The notes beneath the pieces are model-generated. The model was not told the DNA's origin and did not search any database. It was given only the letters and a program-made list of their open reading frames with translations. A program made the translations under genes and the position numbers. A DNA stretch of 64,000 bases from Mytilus californianus (lineage: Eukaryota): positions 37,696,001-37,760,000 of the forward strand of contig NW_026262701.1 in the NCBI RefSeq assembly GCF_021869535.1, given 5' to 3'. Below, one piece after another: positions 14,120 to 26,459 of the stretch. How positions within the stretch are numbered: position 1 is the stretch's first letter; every line of letters starts with the position of its first letter.

Positions 14120-14700
14120 CTTTAAACAAATTGTAAACTTTCCATTTGTATGTAACAACATTCCAGCAGCGCCTGCATACCGAGTATATATCTCACAGCT
14201 GATACGATATTACAGGGCTTGTATTTCCTATCATGTTTTCCTTGATAGAGGATTGCTGCTCACAAGGAAGCTATTAAACCAAGAGTTCCAAGTGGTGAAG
14301 TTGAAATCATTCCTTCGTAAATTTTAAGGACGCCATCACGAGTTGGTTGACCGTTATATAATAGCTTTTCTAGAGATGACAAAGGATATGTTCCAATTGT
14401 CGTAATAACAATCCCGCCCCCTTTTCCCCGAATGTGACCTACCGATTTAGACTGATCACCGGGTTTGTACTAACATCAGCAACACGACGGTTGCCACATA
14501 TGTGGAGCAGGATCTGTTTACCCTTCCAGAACACATGAGATCAATCCCAAGTTTTTGGTGGGGTTCGTGTTTCTCAGTCTTTGGATTTCTATGTTATGTT
14601 TTATGTACTGTTGTTTGCCTGTTAGCCATGCATGGCATTATCAGTTAATTTTCGGCTGATGAGTTTGAGTGTCCCTTTGGTATCCTTCGACTCTCTTTTA
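14120..14700 (+). mobile_element. Penelope-like element 3' fragment (RT C-terminus plus 3' UTR)
   Basis: Translates IVNFPFVCNNIPAAPAYRVYISQLIRY...KLLNQEFQVVKLKSFLRKF*GRHHELVDRY; 3' end gagtgtccctttggtatccttcg. Confidence 0.8.
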
Positions 14701-14948
14701 AAGTTGTTCTTTTCATGTATTTTAGAAACATATTGTGAATATAACTATATCATAAATAAAATAAAATTTAAGAAAGTTAGTCAAAACACAACGACTATTA
14801 AATTAAACTGTCAGAAAAATATAAGCCTACATTATTGATTCTCTCGGAGATATAAATTTAAAAAGGTAAAAGTCCAATGTCCTATATCAGCAAAACGCAG
14901 ATTTGAATGATTTTTTTCCTCGGTCACACAGACACAAAAGTGTTTAAA

Positions 14949-16478
14949 AAAGACATAAGATACAAAGGAGGCAATCAAAAGACATAAGATACAAAGGAGG
15001 CAATCAAAAGACATAAGATACAAAGGAGGCAATCAAAAGACATAACATAAAAGGATGCAATCTAAAGGCATAACATACCAAGGAGGCAATCAAAAAACAT
15101 AATACCAAGGAGGCAATCAAATGGCATAAGATACTAGTACCAAGGAGGCACTCAAAATGCATAAGATACTAAGGACGCAATCTAAAGGCATATGATACCA
15201 AAGAGACAATCTAAAGGCATAAGATACCAAGGAGGCAATCAAAATGCATACGATACTAAGGAGGCAATCAAAAGGCATACGATACTAAGGAGACAATCAA
15301 AAGACATAAGATACCAAGGAGACAATCAAAAGACATAAGATACCAAGGAGACAATCAAAAGACATAAGATACCAAGGAGACAATCAAAAAACATAATACC
15401 AAGGAGGCAATCAAATGGCATAAGATACTAGTACCAAGGAGGCACTCAAAATGCATAAGATACTAAGGACGCAATCTAAAGGCATATGATACCAAAGAGA
15501 CAATCTAAAGGCATAAGATACCAAGGAGGCAATCAAAATGCATACGATACTAAGGAGGCAATCAAAAGGCATACGATACTAAGGATACAATCAAAAGACA
15601 TAAGATACCAAGGAGACAATCAAAAGACATAAGATACCAAGGAGACAATCAAAAGACATAAGATACCAAGGAGACAATCAAAAGACATAAGATACCAAGG
15701 AGGCAATCAAATGGCATAAGATACTAGTACCAAGGAGGCACTCAAAATGCATAAGATACTAAGGACGCAATCTAAAGGCATATGATACCAAAGAGACAAT
15801 CTAAAGGCATAAGATACCAAGGAGGCAATCAAAATGCATATGATACTAAGGAGGCAATCAAAAGGCATACGATACTAAGGAGACAATCAAAAGACATAAG
15901 ATACCAAGGAGACAATCAAAAGACATAAGATACCAAGGAGACAATCAAAAGACATAAGATACCAAGGAGACAATCAAAAAACATAATACCAAGGAGGCAA
16001 TCAAATGGCATAAGATACTAGTACCAAGGAGGCACTCAAAATGCATAAGATACTAAGGACGCAATCTAAAGGCATATGATACCAAAGAGACAATCTAAAG
16101 GCATAATGAACCAAGGAGGCAATCAAAATGCATACGATACTAAGGAGGCAATCAAAAGGCATACGATACTAAGGAGACAATCTAAAGACATAAGATACCA
16201 AGGAGACAGTCAAAAGACATAAGATACCAAGGAGACAATCAAAAGACATAAGATACCAAGGAGACAATCAAAAGACATAAGATACCAAGGAGACAATCAA
16301 AAGACATAAGATACCAAGGAGACAATCAAAAGGTATAATATACAAAGGAGGCAATCAAAATGCATACGATACCAAGGAGATAATCAAAAGGCATACGATA
16401 CCAAGGAGACAATCAAAAGGAAGAAGATACCAAAGAGACAATCAAAAGGCATAAGATACCAAGAAGACAATCAAAATA
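14949..16478. repeat. ~30-bp minisatellite (~52 units) with a ~295-bp higher-order period
   Basis: Unit AAGACATAAGATACCAAGGAGACAATCAAA; the variant marker ATACTAGTAC recurs at 15131, 15425, 15721 and 16015. Confidence 0.95.
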
Positions 16479-16479
16479 C

Positions 16480-16810
16480 ATTATTCGGAGAGATACTGAC
16501 AAAACCATGGCAAAAGAAAAACGAAAAACAACGAAAAGACAAATAACAGTCTACAAAGCAGTACATAGAAAACTAAAGACCAAGCAACACGGATAGCTTC
16601 AAAAACCGGGTGTGATCTCAAGTGACCCGGATTGGTAAGCATATCGTGCACTGCATCTGACATCCACCGACGATAAGTCTAATTTATTGGAGTTACAGTT
16701 GAGAAAAAGAGAACGGGATTACAACTTCGAAAATTGCAACGTATCTGTGGTCATCTGTGACGCATACCGGTATTCCATAACGGCCAACCAACCATGATGG
16801 CGTCTGTAAA
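16480..16810 (-). mobile_element. Penelope-like element 3' end, abutting the 30-bp array
   Basis: The reverse complement encodes degenerate ..RHHGWLAVMEYRYASQMTTD (cf. GRHHELVDRY..SQMTTD), followed by a UTR similar to 14500-14700. Confidence 0.65.
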
Positions 16811-17110
16811 TAAAGGCAACAGTAGTATAAAGGTGTTCAAAAGTCATAAATCGATTGAGAGAAAACAAATCCGGGTTACAAACTAAAACCGAGGAAACAC
16901 AACTATAAGAGGAAAACAAAGAAACAACAGGACCACTGAAGTGCAACAAAAACAAACGCCAACATACATAGAAACGAACTGTTTGATAACAACTGCCATA
17001 TTTCTGACTTGGTACAGGACATTGTAAGAAAAAATGGTGGGTTGAACATGGTTTTATGGCTAGCCAAACCTTCCGCTTATATGACAATGTTGAAAAGTAT
17101 CGCTAAAATG
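16805..17110 (+). mobile_element. Helentron-type non-autonomous repeat between two Penelope-like fragments
   Basis: Starts taaataaaggcaacagtagtat; contains tctgacttggtacaggac...ggtgggttgaacatg, a variant of the shared core. Confidence 0.5.
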
Positions 17111-17119
17111 ATAACACTA

Positions 17120-18420
17120 CGTGACAGAAATGCAGGACAAACACACACAAGAACACTCATCACAGAGAAACGCACAAACAAATAATTTAATAGTCGACAC
17201 AACATGCAAACCGCAGAACAACAACGTTCATCTTCCATCAACGATAGACACCACAAACAGTGACGCACTTACGTAACCAACATGCAATCGCGAACTTTAT
17301 ACAATTATTTACACAAAACCAGTCCAAACAATTTTCATGACAATGATGGTATTGAAAGGCAATTTTATAATTATTTGGACAACAAACGATAAAACATAAC
17401 ACATTATCAAACCGAAACCATAACAGAAACATCAAAAATAAATACATGAATGTTGGATGTACAAAATACCGAGACACGTCGTATAGCAATGCAAATTCAT
17501 AACAGTCATATTCGGGAATAGGTCACATTCGGTACTTAGCAGACACACGACATAGATGTTAAACCACAATCTAAGACTTGGAAAAAAAATGTTATTAGTT
17601 AGTTTAGACACAGACACATCGTATAGATCAACCAATTCGTGATGGTGTCCATAAAATTTACGGAGTGTCATTTTTAATCTTTCCTTCTTATAACTCTGTT
17701 GGAGCAGAGTCTGTGTAAGGAACACACTCCTGTATATGAAGTCAGTATAGTGTGAACATGCACGAGCATAACTATCAATTGAGATATGTAAACACCATAC
17801 GACGGAGCAGATGGTATGTTACTACTGGGAAATGGGAAATTGATAATTGGGAAGTTGAAATCATCCCGTTTGTCATAGATTTAGTGTGAAGTCGTCCATC
17901 TGTGTCAATATTGAGGAAAAGATCAAGGTATGAAGCAGTCCTTCTTGTATCAGTAGTATCCTTAATTTCAAGTTCACTGGGATATATGAGATGCAAGTAC
18001 TGACTGAAACATGGGGTATTCAGTGATAGGACATCATCAATCTTTCTGAAAGTAAAATTAAAGAATTTTGTAAGGTGCTTTTTCTTTTTGTCATTTAGGA
18101 GGTTCTGAATGATTTCTGTTTCATACGAGTACAAAAACAAGTCGGCCAGAAGGGGTGCACAATTTGTACCCATTGGAATACCGACTGTCTGTTGAAATAT
18201 CAATCCTCAAAACTCAACAAATACATTGTCGATTAAACAGTCCAGAATTTTGATAATATCATCTTCACTGTATTTTGCTATAAAATCAGTGTGGTTCTTC
18301 ACAAAATAAGAATTATTATAACCCAAAACAAGAAATTTATATCTACGATTCCCATTTTTATAGAAAAAGCTCTGTTTAATGAGATGGCGAAGTCGATCTT
18401 TCAATTGAGCAAACTTTCGA
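17120..18420 (-). pseudogene. Penelope-like reverse transcriptase fragment (probably Naiad/Chlamys-type), disrupted
   Basis: QQTVGIPMGTNCAPLLADLFLYSYE; FRKIDD (catalytic YxDD altered); IYPSELEIKDTTD..ASYLDL; LRKFYGHHHELVD. In-frame TGA at 18207-18209; frameshifts near 17880 and 17775. Confidence 0.85.
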
Positions 18421-18641
18421 AGGGATGACTTCAGCTATACCAATAGAAACACTAGATTCAATAACTTCTAGGGTATTTTCTGAATTCTTAAGTTATAGGG
18501 ACATAAGTAAGATATCGTTTTCATATTCAGTAATAGTGGAGCATAATCTGCTTATCATTCCGGGGCACACCGGTTTTTAGTTGGGTTTATGTTGCTCACT
18601 TTGAGTTTTCTGTGTAATGTTTTGTAGACTGTCGTTTTCCC

Positions 18642-18842
18642 TTTTTATTCTTTTTGCTATTCTATTGCCCGTTTTTTTTTTTTTCTTTTTGCTATTCTAT
18701 TGCCCGTTTTTTTTATTCCTTTTTGCTATTCTATTGCCCGTTTTTTTTATTCTTTTTGCTATTCTATTGCCCGTTTTTTTTATTCCTTTTTGCTATTTTA
18801 TTGCCCGTTTTTTTTATTCGTTTTGCTATTCTATTGCCCGTT
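18642..18842. repeat. ~34-bp tandem repeat x6 inside a Penelope-like 3' UTR fragment (~18560-18900)
   Basis: GCTATTCTATTGCCCG recurs at 18656, 18691, 18725, 18758, 18792 and 18825. Confidence 0.9.
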
Positions 18843-19454
18843 TTTCTTCGACTTCTAGTTTTTGATTGTCTCTTTGTGATCTTCTGCCTCTTTTCGTCAA
18901 TGAGGTTAATATAACAAATGACTTGTATTTCAAATAGGGTGGCGCAACGGGTAACCTTAAAACACAAGAAATTAGCCCCTCGTTGAATGGGATGTTCTAT
19001 TATTTATTTGTTGATATTAGATAGTATCATACCCTTTAGCATACTAGTTTTGACATTCAACTTTCAAAATAACCTTAGATATGATTAAAATGAGTTGTGG
19101 GGTATATCTGAATGACACAGCAACCCACCAACACAAATAACCAACATACATCTAGAGATAAATATACAGTTTTTAACAATAGAAAAGTATCTATATTATA
19201 AGATAGTCTGCGGGTCTAAAAATATTAAAAGATTAAACAGAAGCAACCAAAGATTTGAAATCAACACTAAATTCTTCTTCAAAAAACAGTATTAAGATTA
19301 TTACATGAGACAATAACTGCGACATTTGTGACGGCTAGGCGAGTTGCTTGAGATCACCACCAAACTCTTTTAATCTAAATCAGTAGAGTTACATAAGAAA
19401 CATAGCAGAATATACAATATAAATTTAGATAATCAAGAATTCTCTAGTTATACT

Positions 19455-20400
19455 GCGGACATTCGAAACACTTAAGGATTTCTACCCCAGGAAAAGATTA
19501 CCATAGCTGCATTTGTCAAAACCTTTCGGAACTTTGGGTCCTCACTGCTCTTCAACTCCGTACTGTATTTGGCCTTTTGAACTTTTTTGATTCGAGCCCC
19601 ACTGAAGAGTCTTTTTAGACGAAATTGTAATCTTGGTAGCTATGAAGAGTTTATTTACCCAAGGGAACTTGCTTTTCATAAATCAAATAATTCTAATATT
19701 AACAACAATAAATGTCCTTTTCTAGATTTTGATATTTTAGTTTCACACGGAAAAATCAAAGCAAACATTTGCGTCCCTATTGTAACTTTTTCGGACGGTG
19801 ATATTCCTTCTTACTGTGTATTTATTTTCGAATTCGTTCGCTATGTCTGTGGATGTAGTGCTATTTTAAATTTCAATGATCGAAATCTATGTATAACTGG
19901 TAAATTATAAAGTCATAAATTACTTAAAATTTTCACTTAACTCTTTCGTGGATACAAAAATGTTGTTTTGAAGTTTGACTGTACCTGTAGAATTCGTATA
20001 AAAAATAAGATATCACATCTTAATCTTACGGTTATGTCGTGCTATTTTATAAGGCAAGTACATTTTGAATACAATCATTGATCCTTTGAATGAAATATTC
20101 ATTTATTTTCACATCGTATTATGATCTTTGAATTTAGTTTTTATCGGTACTATCATTGGGCTTCTTTCTTAAAAATTAAAACATAACCACATATGTATTG
20201 CTTTGCATTCATATAAAACCAATGATCTTACATCCTGTCGATATAATGTTTTTTTATATTGGCATTGCACAAGGTTATGCTATTCTCGCCCTGTTTATTA
20301 CGTCGTTTTATTAAATCCCTATGACTTGTACGGGTTGATACTTCAGTCTGGGAGAACATGATATGTTTATTATGTCCATTGGCTTTGAACTACAATGTAG
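19455..20400 (+). mobile_element. HHR-bearing pLTR followed by a degenerate Penelope-like RT C-terminal fragment
   Basis: 19587-19910 encodes IYPRELAFHKSN..CPFLDFDI...VPIV..DGDIPSY.VFIFEFVRY..NDRNLCITGKL, homologous in pattern to the RT at 17600-17990; preceded by a pLTR-like segment similar to 60860-61080. Confidence 0.7.
19597..19636 (+). ncRNA. Hammerhead ribozyme remnant
   Basis: CUGAAGA-GUCU(UUUU)AGAC-GAAA is intact (19602-19624), but the ACGCGCGU helix III seen at 61026 is deleted and stem I is weak. Confidence 0.6.
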
Positions 20401-21934
20401 CTTTTAGTAACTTTGTAATATTCTTCATCGTACATTGTGTTTTTTGTCTTTATGTTAGTTTATTTTTTTTTATATTTGGTGTTTCGTGCCGATCTAACGT
20501 CAAGCCATTTCAAACTAATTATTTCACCATTATTTCAAGTTTGGGAAAGGGATTGAGTGCTCACAAATACGCTCAACTCCACCACTTTCGGTATGTGCCT
20601 GTTCAAAAGTTGGGAGCCTGTTATTTAGTGGTAAGTTGTTGGTTGCTGTCTGTTAAATCTGTTTACCGCATATTGTTTTGTCATACATCAGACCGTTGGT
20701 TTTTTTCGTCTGAAATGATACAAACGTAGTAATTTGGGGGCCTTTTATAGCCTGATATATACGGTATTGGTCTGCTCATTTATGAAGGCCGTACATTACC
20801 TTTGAATCCACGTGATTTGAAATAATATGGATAGGTGTGTCAATGACATTGGCAATCATACCATATCTAGTTATTTCTTAATAAGAATCAGAACAGGAAA
20901 AGCTATTAATTCTACGATAACGGTAAAATAAATAACAAAAAATAAAAGTACAATTAAAACAATACTTAATAATACTTTATCAAAGATGCTCGAACTTACG
21001 GAGATTTTTTACAATCTTTACAAATCTATACAATTTATGTAGTATTCGATCAAATAAAGAAACTTGAAATTTTTGCAGAAGCCATAATAATTTCATCTAA
21101 GTTAAACTTGTTCAAACGTTGTCCAAATATATGCTTTGCATGAGCACCTCAGGTTTCAAATAAAGAAGTGTTTTTTTTTTTATTGTAGATCAAGTTATAA
21201 AAGCATCACAACTATCGTCAAATTTAGATATTAATGGAACTTTGAATGACGAATTTTTGAAACTGATCGCTTGTTTACCTATATTTTATAATCAATGCCT
21301 CGATTACCTCAATTTCGACGACAGACTTGAATTCAAAATAGTCAATTGAAAGTTGACAAGTTGTAATGAGTCAATACTGTTCAATCACTTGAGGAAATTA
21401 AATTATGCACATTACTTCATTCGAATGACCATTTAAATTACTTTTCATCAGAAACATCTAATTTATGAACCTCCAAAGCTGACTGGGGAAATATGGTCAC
21501 TTTGGTCTTCTTTCGACCGACAGTAAAACCCTTACAAAAGTGGGGCGACCATTTGGCTTTGCGGTATGTAAAAGTACGCAGTCATGCCTGGTCATAATGG
21601 GGACGTTTTAAATTTGCACGTTTAGAATCCTTGCAACAACTCTTTGAGGGGTCCTTAGTTGGCCTATAGCAAGGCAAAATTGCAGATTAATGGGTGACAC
21701 CTACTAGATGTTTCTCTCTTTTGGTTAAAACTGTGTTGTTTTGTTGTTTTCTCGCTGACCTGTCCATCAACCGATTCATTTTCGAAAACGTTTGTTTGGT
21801 TTTATCTGAAACAAAATGATCCCGCGAAATGGAGCCTATGGGTTTACTTTTGCAAAGCGTAATAAAGAAAACCCAAACATCGTGTGACAAATGTAAGACA
21901 TATGGCATTGCATTAACATAGAACAATAGTAGAA

Positions 21935-22640
21935 GGTTTAATATTATTAATTACACAGACTTTGCTTTCACCCCATATGGAATTAACTGGCCCTATATAT
22001 ATCGTATTAGGTCACAAGCACACTGTGAAACAAATTGATCTTACCGACTATCTTAGCATGTGGCATTTAGACTAGTATCACATATTGAATATAAGGAACC
22101 TTCTTCCATTGGTCTATTAAAAAACAAATGCCATCAATAACCACTTGTTAGCTTTAATGTGTTTTCTGCATTTATTTTCAGTCGTTCATCATCAATTTCT
22201 TCATCTGTTGTTTGGGCGAAACGTTTCAGATTTTTCTTCAACGTCATGGTATTTTTACAAAAGTACGTAACACTGCTTCTAACCCAATATATAAAATAAA
22301 ACACGCCCACTAACCCCAAAATAAATATACAGGGTCTCCACGTGTTTGCTTTTAACCAATGATAGTCCTAGAAATGTTTAGGAGGTAAGATAATGGTGAA
22401 TATTGTCCAGCGTAGAATTTTATATTGCACGAGCGTGCGAGTATATATTCTATAAGATACCATATTCACCACTATTCATGCAATAACCCTTTTAATCTTT
22501 AGTTAAGCTTGAAAAAACTGTTTCAAACATCTTTTCGACACTGATGACGTCGATAATTTGAAGGTAGAAATACGGTATATTTGCAAAAGTGAAAAATCAT
22601 AGAACAGTGAATTTTCTGTTACGCTTTGTTGGAAATATTA
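21935..22640. mobile_element. Crypton-like element remnant (shorter paralog ~6785-6990)
   Basis: ggtgaatatt...atattcacc inverted repeat; short ORF 22247-22134 (RFAQTTDEEIDDERLKINAENTLK) resembling the N-terminus of Crypton/DUF3504 proteins. Confidence 0.45.
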
Positions 22641-22810
22641 CGCTGCTATACAATATAACAACTTACATTTACATAATTATGTATCAAAATGAATACATTA
22701 TAAATGATATACACTCTTTTTAATCACCCAAACACTCATTTACATATTTTCTTCATACAGTTTCAATGTTGCATAAAATATGACACTAAAATGTAGCTCA
22801 AAAATATATT

Positions 22811-23796
22811 CTACATTGCAATCCAGTGCGGCGGATTATAGGTAGTAGAATTAAATATTTTGTCTAGTTTTGATCCTTTTCTAGGAAAATCTTTAAAATA
22901 AATTGTGGTGCCGCCAATGAGCCATGCAGTCCACCAACCATAACTTCCCGTGGTAACTATAGTATGATTACAATGCGATAATATCGCCATGTCGACTTCC
23001 GCTGAATTTTTCTTGTTAATGAATGCTATGTTTGATTTGTTAAAATGGTTTTTGCACCATGATATATCGTCTGATGAAAATATGAAAAAAGCATTTGAAA
23101 ATTGTGATCGGAATTTTGTCATAGCATTATTTATGTAGCTTTCATTTGCTGATGTATATCCATAATCAACAAAGTGTTGATTTTGAACAAAATCACCACG
23201 ACGAACATGAACAGCGATAAAAGTATATGTGTTCACATTTGTAATGTTCTTTGACATTATTATTTCTTGAAATTGTTTAATAGCTTCTGTTTGCACATTT
23301 TCTTTAAATTGGAATTCTCTTCTTATATCAGCACTATTTTCAATAAAGTATTTCCAACTTTGAAGGTAGCCTTTGAGTGTCCAGTTATATTTTGTATCAA
23401 GATTAAACACATTTTCCTCAAACACGTTTCCTTTTTTCTCCACGTAACGTTTTAAATTCACTAACGGTTTAACTGAAATAGCAGATATTTTGAAATGTTT
23501 CTTTAACTTGCATCCCTCATCTACAATAGGTGTCATGTTATGGTGTTTGGCGATGCCATAAAGTGATGCATATTCAAACAGTAAGTTTCCGAGTCGACCT
23601 GAAAATTCTACTGTAACATACTTCTTGAGTGGTCTTGGAATTGCATTTCCCTTGTTAGGTTTGGCAGAATAAACATTAGTTATAATATTTGTTGATACAC
23701 TGTTAATAACATTTTGCTCGTTGTAGTTGTTTAAAATAACTAGACAAAGTCCAAGCGTCAATACCAACATCAGAATATGCTTTGACCAACTTGCAG
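22811..23796 (-). CDS. FUT1/FUT2-like: GT11 galactoside alpha-1,2-fucosyltransferase, paralog 2, main coding exon (joins micro-exon 30978-30990; 332 aa)
   Basis: Same GT11 motifs; about 29 amino-acid differences from paralog 1 over 319 aligned residues (manual count); acceptor ttttttccag|CTGCAAG at 23797/23796; exon length identical to paralog 1 (986 nt). Confidence 0.93.
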
Positions 23797-24747
23797 CTGG
23801 AAAAAATAATATACATAATCAATTTTTCTATTTCAATTTTATTTAGATCTTAATCTTATATCATTTATATACTTGGTACCTGGTACGAAAATTGGCGAAC
23901 ACGTCGATTTTTATGAATTTTGCAAGTTACTAGAGCATTTCAATTAAATCATGCAAGTAACTTTTATACTTTATACTACGCGTCGCCAGTACAACTCAAT
24001 TTGCGACCATCAAATCGTCAATTGACGGCGGTAACTCTTCAACTACAGTACTGTTATCCCTTAATTCTAGGGTGGTATGAAAAACAATACTTTTAGCAAG
24101 GATTTGTATACTAAACAAGTCCTTGATTTTAGCAACAATCATCATCAGGTCAAATAGTTTGCCCATATATATAAGATATATAGATTCTTTCATTCTTATT
24201 TGAATATATAGTTTGCTCGACATGATCATATAATATATTGAGAAATTGACTTCTTGTATCAAATGCTGAAAATATAATCTTGATTTCTCCTCAATTTAAT
24301 ATATCTAAAGCGCTCCAGATTTTATCATGAGATAAAACAAGTTTGAAAGTCTGAACAATAGATCGACCCCTACGACGTCACATTATTTTACAGAGCCGCG
24401 TTGACAATGAAAACATATAAAACATGTTATACATGTGTTCACATTTTATTGTTTTGTAATGAAATCTTATAAACTGTTGGACGTGCATTCAATTCTATAT
24501 CAAAAAGTATTCGAACAGTATTCGAACAGTCTTAAGCGAATTCAAAATTAACGGATTAATATTGTAAGTAAATTAATGCTCTAAAATTCTATTAAAATTC
24601 TTTCAAACTTGTTTATCATGCCTCAATGTCTAAGCTGTTTAATTTATACAATGTTTTATTTAGTAATTTAATTCATGCAATAATAGACCATATACTATAA
24701 AAAGAAACAAGCAATATGCATTCAATTCTAGGTTTAAAAGTCTTTAA

Positions 24748-26301
24748 GGGGACGACCATTTGATATTCTGGGGGGGGGGGGGGGGGGGGGGGCAGGAGGA
24801 TTTTTTTTGGATCGGTTATTTATTTCCTGCACTGTTGAAGCAAGATTTTTCATTTTCATTAAAACAAGGGACTGATTATTTATTTTCATAACTATATTAA
24901 TAATATTTGAAAACATACAATTTTTAAATTCATTTTTTATTGTAAATAATAAATGTACAGTCAAGTCATTAATGTACCATTTAATCAGAATTAATCATCA
25001 TCCTCTGCGGAAATGAATCTTCTGAATTCCAAACTGCATATACATGTATTGCATACATACACGGTATTAGAGTTGGGCTGAGACTAGCCTCTTTTAAAAG
25101 TATTGCCAAATATATTTACGCAGAGCGGAGCGAGGCAAAAAAATTTTGAAGGGTTTTGAAGCCGCTGAAGGCCCAAAGAAACTATAGAACAAATGATGCA
25201 AAATCGTGCTTTCTGGGCGTTCCCAGACCTTTTCTTATTCTGAAAACGCAAGTTCTGTTTTAACAATTTTTTGAGAATATTTTGGTCTCAAAGCAAAATG
25301 TATAGATTCAGCGTAAGACTTAAGTTTTTATGGACAACATCAAAAGACCAATATGAAGAATAAAGTAAAAATGTAATTCACATAGTTAAGTATGTGGCTG
25401 CTGGTTTTTTTTTTTTTTTTTTTTAGTTGTTGTTGTTTCGGCATGCAGAATTTAAATCTTTTATACCTGTAAATTATATGGGGTTTTATTCAAATTAAGT
25501 TAAGAGGGGGCTAATTATCAGTGATATAACTATGTCAAGTAATTTTTAATAACACATTTCAATTACAACTTGATGTAGCTCTTAACTGGGATACAATTTA
25601 AAGTAGTTAAGTTGTAAAATTAGCTAAAAAGTCTTAAATAAAATAAAACTCATGATCAAGTTGAAAACAAAATTACTAAAACACAAAAGGAATGCAACAC
25701 TAAGAGAATACAGAAGGGCAATCAATGAACAAAAGACAAATTTAAAGAAACATTGATCCCGAAAAAACAGGTGCTACGTCCAAGGGAGAACAGAACTTGC
25801 TTCTTGCAAACACTCGCTGTGAAAACAATTTGATATGAAGACAAGCTTTTGGTTTTAAAATTTCCTACATAAAGGCATTTGCCTCAATGTAGTTACAGCC
25901 CTATAATAAAAGTGAGGTAAGTGTTTCTGAGCCAATATACCTCAACTGGCTCAAGTTAAATGAAACCCATTTTCAGACATTTCAGGTATATTTAAATAAT
26001 ATTTATACCTTTATTATTAAAAGATTTGAGAAGTGTTTCCCGAATTTTTTTTTGAAAAAAAGATGAATTTTATGAAGAATCTGGTGCCACCTCATACTTT
26101 CGAATAGCATTTATAAAATGGCTTAAAGACCTGCCGAGTTATTCATTTTCAATACATTGTAAGTCAGGTTATTTATTTTCGAACTACCACAGAACAAACC
26201 ATTTATTTTTGTGATTATCAAGGCTGAGTTATTTATTTTCAAAATCCTCCTGCCCCCCCCCCCCCCCCCCCCCCCCCCCAGAATATCAAATGGTCGTCCC
26301 C
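24748..26301. mobile_element. PIF/Harbinger-like non-autonomous TIR element
   Basis: TIR GGGGACGACCATTTGATATTCT(G)nCAGGAGGATTTT at both ends; TAA TSD at 24745-24747 and 26302-26304. Confidence 0.85.
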
Positions 26302-26459
26302 TAAACAGTCTCAAGCGACTTCAAAAGTAGTTGATTAATATTGTATAAGCAATGTTCTAAAATTTGATATAAATTGTTTCAAACTTATCTATGCCTCAAT
26401 TTGAACCCAGCTTAAGCTGTTTAAATTCTACAATATTTTATTTTATTAAATGATATGAG

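Larger units (their letters stand above)
6075..16525. repeat. Segmental duplication, copy 1
   Basis: Collinear similarity to 21288-40590 through the 3' flank, CDS, introns and upstream region (e.g. 6075/21288, 10250/30780, 12100/36250, 13000/38110, 14700/40265). Confidence 0.9.

Noticed and set aside
14656-14690. CTGATGA at a Penelope-like 3' end
   Set aside because: No stem II or GAAA follows; the paralogous ends read CTTATGA.
18207-18209. In-frame TGA in the Penelope-like RT as selenocysteine
   Set aside because: It falls where Gly is expected (VEF*GLIFQQ; GGA to TGA) in a copy that also has frameshifts and an altered YxDD; no SECIS recognised.
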